From positions 49,086 to 113,085 of the forward strand of contig JABIUV010000014.1 in NCBI GenBank assembly GCA_018700895.1: a stretch of DNA of 64,000 bases, written 5' to 3'. Positions 60,847-64,000 of this stretch are shown one piece after another (within the stretch, counting starts at the first letter, position 1; each line of letters starts with the position of its first letter). The translations under genes were made by a program, and so were the position numbers. The stretch comes from Bacteroidota bacterium. GTDB taxonomy: Bacteria; Bacteroidota; Bacteroidia; NS11-12g; UBA9320. The notes under the pieces were generated by a model. It was not told the DNA's origin. It saw nothing but the letters and a program-made list of their open reading frames with translations, and made no database searches.

Positions 60847-61821
60847 TTGATAAAGGCAGCAATAATAGGAAGCGGAAATATAGGCACAGACCTCATGATA
60901 AAGATAATGCGAACCTCGGACGTATTGGGAATGGGGTGCTTTGTAGGTATAGACCCAGAGAGTGATGGACTAGCCAGAGCCAAACGAATGGGTGTTGAAA
61001 TTTGTGCCACAGGCATAGATGGACTAATCGAAATGCCCATATGGAAAGAAATAGACATAGTTTTTGACGCTACGAGTGCCAAAGCTCACGTATATAATTT
61101 TGGTAAAATGAAGGATTTCCCTGAAAAGAAAATGGTAGATTTAACGCCTGCAGCTATTGGTCCTTATGTGGTTCCAGCGGTTTCCTTCGATAAGGATTTG
61201 CGAAGCAAATTAAATTTGGACTTCGATACGTTCGCTAATGCGAACACTCAGCCTGACAATAAAAGAGTAAACTTGAACATGGTAACCTGCGGTGGACAAG
61301 CTACGATACCCATCATTGCTGCAGTAAGCAGAATTGCAAAAGTTCATTACGGCGAGATAGTAGCTAGTATAGCAAGCAAATCTGCCGGACCCGGTACGCG
61401 AGCAAATATTGATGAGTTTACAGAAACCACTTCTGAAGCCATAGAAAAAGTAGGTGGAGCTACCAAAGGGAAAGCTATCATTATCCTAAATCCTGCCGAA
61501 CCGCCACTTGTGATGCGAGACACTGTGTTTACACTCAGTGAACAAGGAGATAGAGAAACTATTCGCCAGAGCATACACGATATGGTGGCTGAGGTACAGA
61601 AATATGTGCCTGGTTATACGCTTCACCAAGAAGTGCAGTTTGATGATATATCGGAAGATGAGCCTGCTTTCATAGAAGGCGTAGGGCATAAAAGTGGATT
61701 GAAAACGACGGTGCTGCTGCAAGTAGTTGGGGCAGGGCATTACTTGCCAGAGTATGCGGGGAATTTGGACATTATGACCAGTGCGGCGTTGGCGGTGGGG
61801 GAGAAGCTTTTTCAAGTTTAA
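60847..61821 (+). CDS. mhpF: Acetaldehyde dehydrogenase (acetylating)
   Basis: [52 protein letters not shown]. Confidence 0.93.
   Translation: MIKAAIIGSGNIGTDLMIKIMRTSDVLGMGCFVGIDPESDGLARAKRMGVEICATGIDGLIEMPIWKEIDIVFDATSAKAHVYNFGKMKDFPEKKMVDLTPAAIGPYVVPAVSFDKDLRSKLNLDFDTFANANTQPDNKRVNLNMVTCGGQATIPIIAAVSRIAKVHYGEIVASIASKSAGPGTRANIDEFTETTSEAIEKVGGATKGKAIIILNPAEPPLVMRDTVFTLSEQGDRETIRQSIHDMVAEVQKYVPGYTLHQEVQFDDISEDEPAFIEGVGHKSGLKTTVLLQVVGAGHYLPEYAGNLDIMTSAALAVGEKLFQV
61219..61258 (+). repeat. REP-like element inserted in frame in mhpF
   Basis: gacttcgatac-gttcgc-taat-gcgaac-actcagcctgaca, translated [13 protein letters not shown]. Confidence 0.65.
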
Positions 61822-62247
61822 GAATAAGTATAAGCTTAATATTTATGACGAAGAGGAAATTTGATCTAGAAGAACGATTTATTGTCTTTGCGGCTGATAT
61901 TATGGACTTCAGCGAGACATTACCGCGTAGTTTTTCAAATGACTATCTTGCTAATCAAAAAATTAGGTCTGCGGGAAGTTCTGCTCTAAACTTTGGCGAA
62001 ATGCAAGGGGCTGGAACAGATAAGGATTATTTCAACAAAGGTCGGATAGCATTCAAAGAGTTGAAGGAGACTCAACTAAACCTAAGAATAATGCAAAGAC
62101 GAAATACTGGTAGTAAGCAAGAAAGGGAAAGATTGTTAGACGAAAACACCCAGCTTATTAAAATACTAATTACATTAATTAAAAACAGAGGGAACTCCTA
62201 ACCGCCTCTTTAAACTTATACTTAATCTTAAAATTAGACTTAAACTT
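61814..62247. repeat. Hexamer-built inverted arms flanking the four-helix-bundle gene
   Basis: 61814-61839 is the reverse complement of 62210-62235 at 23/26 positions; TTAnnC units continue to 62247. Confidence 0.8.
61845..62201 (+). CDS. Four-helix-bundle protein (23S rRNA IVP / TIGR02436-like)
   Basis: [43 protein letters not shown]. Confidence 0.88.
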   Translation: MTKRKFDLEERFIVFAADIMDFSETLPRSFSNDYLANQKIRSAGSSALNFGEMQGAGTDKDYFNKGRIAFKELKETQLNLRIMQRRNTGSKQERERLLDENTQLIKILITLIKNRGNS

Positions 62248-63249
62248 ATGATTTACATACAAGACGTAACCCTCCGAGATGGAATGCACGCCATACGTCA
62301 CCAATACGGAAAGCAGCAGCTCAAAGACTTGGCTATCTCACTGGACAAAGCTGGAGTAGATGCTATAGAAATATCTCACGGAGACGGACTGAGTGGCGGT
62401 AGTTTCAATTATGGCTTTGGGGCTCATACCGACTGGGACTGGCTAGAAGGCGTTGCAGAACAATTGAATCACGCGGTGCTTACCACATTGCTTTTACCGG
62501 GCATAGGGACCATAGAAGACCTCAAAAAAGCGTACGAACTCGGTGTACGCTCGGTACGAGTAGCGACTCACTGCACAGAGGCAGATGTGAGTAAGCAGCA
62601 CATAGAAGCAGCCAAGCAACTAGGTATGGATGTAGGCGGCTTTCTGATGATGGCTCACATGAACGAACCGAATAAACTTGCCGAGCAAGCCAAACTCATG
62701 GAAAGCTATGGGGCTGACTGTGTGTACGTAACAGACAGTGCGGGTGCACTTATGATGGATGGCGTAGCGGATAGGATCAAGGCTTTTAAGGATGTGCTAG
62801 ACACCAATACCGAAGTTGGGATTCACTGCCACCATAACCTCAGCTTGGGGGTAGCCAACACGATAGTTGCTATGCAGTACGGTGCAACACGACTAGACGC
62901 GTCACTGGCAGGAATGGGAGCAGGTGCGGGTAATTGCCCGCTCGAAGTACTCATAGCAGTACTCAATAGGATGGAGGTAAAAACAAACTCTGACCTGCTA
63001 CAACTGATGGACTTGGCCGATGATGTGATTCGTCCATTGCAAGAACGACCGGTACGAGTAGACCGAGAAACATTGAGTCTAGGATATGCGGGAGTTTACT
63101 CCAGTTTCTTGCTACACAGCGAGCGTGCCGCTCAAAAATATGGACTCAATACGGCGGATATACTACAGGAACTTGGCAAACGTAAAATGGTAGGTGGCCA
63201 AGAAGACATGATAGTAGACGTAGCCTTAGATATGGTCAAAAACAAATAG
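62248..63249 (+). CDS. mhpE: 4-hydroxy-2-oxovalerate aldolase
   Basis: [40 protein letters not shown]. Confidence 0.94.
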   Translation: MIYIQDVTLRDGMHAIRHQYGKQQLKDLAISLDKAGVDAIEISHGDGLSGGSFNYGFGAHTDWDWLEGVAEQLNHAVLTTLLLPGIGTIEDLKKAYELGVRSVRVATHCTEADVSKQHIEAAKQLGMDVGGFLMMAHMNEPNKLAEQAKLMESYGADCVYVTDSAGALMMDGVADRIKAFKDVLDTNTEVGIHCHHNLSLGVANTIVAMQYGATRLDASLAGMGAGAGNCPLEVLIAVLNRMEVKTNSDLLQLMDLADDVIRPLQERPVRVDRETLSLGYAGVYSSFLLHSERAAQKYGLNTADILQELGKRKMVGGQEDMIVDVALDMVKNK

Positions 63250-63265
63250 ATAAACATCACGTTAG

Positions 63266-63748
63266 ATGCTTATGAAATGGTCATTCATCCTCTTTCTTTC
63301 GCTGGCTAGCTTCCAATCTGCTCGTGAAGTAAAGGTGTATGTTGATTACGCAGAGTTTGAGCAAGACTATTTACTAAACAAGAGCAACGATACGACGTAT
63401 GTTATCAATTTTTGGGCGACGTGGTGCAGACCGTGTGTACAGGAGTTACCGTATTTTGAGCAATTGGCAAAAGACAGTATGGATCAGCCGCTCAAGTTGG
63501 TGCTGGTGAGTCTTGATTTTGATGACAAGGTAGAAACGGTAAAAGCATTACTAGCCAAGAGGGAAATTGAGAGTAAAGCCGTAATTTTGGCAGACCCACA
63601 GGCCGATGTGTGGATAGATAAGGTAGACAGTACATGGACTGGAGCAATTCCGGCTACAATGGTTATCAAAAATGGCAAACGATATTTCTATGAAACGTCA
63701 TACGAGTCTTACGAAGAATTAAAAAACGAAATAATAACGCTAAAATAG
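63266..63748 (+). CDS. TlpA-family redoxin
   Basis: INFWATWCRPCVQELP, WTGAIPAT. Confidence 0.88.
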   Translation: MLMKWSFILFLSLASFQSAREVKVYVDYAEFEQDYLLNKSNDTTYVINFWATWCRPCVQELPYFEQLAKDSMDQPLKLVLVSLDFDDKVETVKALLAKREIESKAVILADPQADVWIDKVDSTWTGAIPATMVIKNGKRYFYETSYESYEELKNEIITLK

Positions 63749-63749
63749 T

Positions 63750-64000
63750 ATGAAAAAAATGATTTTTGGCCTAGTGGCTATCGGAGTATTAGTGGCGATG
63801 ACGAGTCACTCAGGTTATCACGTTGGCGATACCGCTACAGACTTTTCTCTAAAAGGAACAGACGATCAAATGCATAGCTTGGCGAGTATAGATGGTGCCA
63901 AAGGATACATTGTGATATTTACGTGTAATCATTGCCCGTACAGTTTAGCCTATGAGGATAGAATCATCGCATTACAAGATAAGTATGGTTCGGAATATCC
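63750..64000 (+). CDS. Thioredoxin-family (AhpC/TSA-like) protein, 3'-truncated by the window edge
   Basis: MKKMIFG..VGDTATDFSLKG..IFTCNHCPYSLAYEDRI. Confidence 0.85.
   Translation, partial: MKKMIFGLVAIGVLVAMTSHSGYHVGDTATDFSLKGTDDQMHSLASIDGAKGYIVIFTCNHCPYSLAYEDRIIALQDKYGSEY

Noticed and set aside
61845..62201. Avd-like gene as part of a diversity-generating retroelement
   Set aside because: No reverse transcriptase and no TR/VR pair in the window.
1..64000. CRISPR array, tRNA, rRNA, integron attC array, prophage
   Set aside because: No regularly spaced direct repeats, cloverleaf or rRNA signatures, integrase or phage genes seen.

Overview
AT-rich chromosomal window from a Bacteroidota bacterium. 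This is supported by TAnnTTTG -7 promoter elements, no Shine-Dalgarno motifs, T9SS C-terminal domains and Bacteroidota-typical gene families. It is mostly housekeeping and amino-acid catabolism: pdhB, ligA, dapA, hutU, grpE-dnaJ, murA, fahA, pepP, ALDH7, paaZ, hppD and an mhpD-mhpF-mhpE lower meta-cleavage block. It also holds a SpoIIM/DUF4129/DUF4350/MoxR/DUF58/RDD cluster, an orphan M.HpyI/NlaIII-like adenine methyltransferase and many decayed accessory genes. I found no rRNA, tRNA, CRISPR array or intact transposase. Four non-gene signals stand out. (1) Small ORFs sit between operon genes inside inverted arms built from 6- or 7-nt periodic units: a four-helix-bundle gene between mhpF and mhpE, a Cys-motif ORF after paaZ, and orphan arms. 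(2) REP-like palindromes are inserted in frame inside hutU and mhpF. (3) -7 elements lie exactly 4 nt before several start codons, predicting leaderless mRNAs. (4) CATG appears depleted, matching the methylase's predicted site. All family assignments come from motif recognition by eye, not from database searches.
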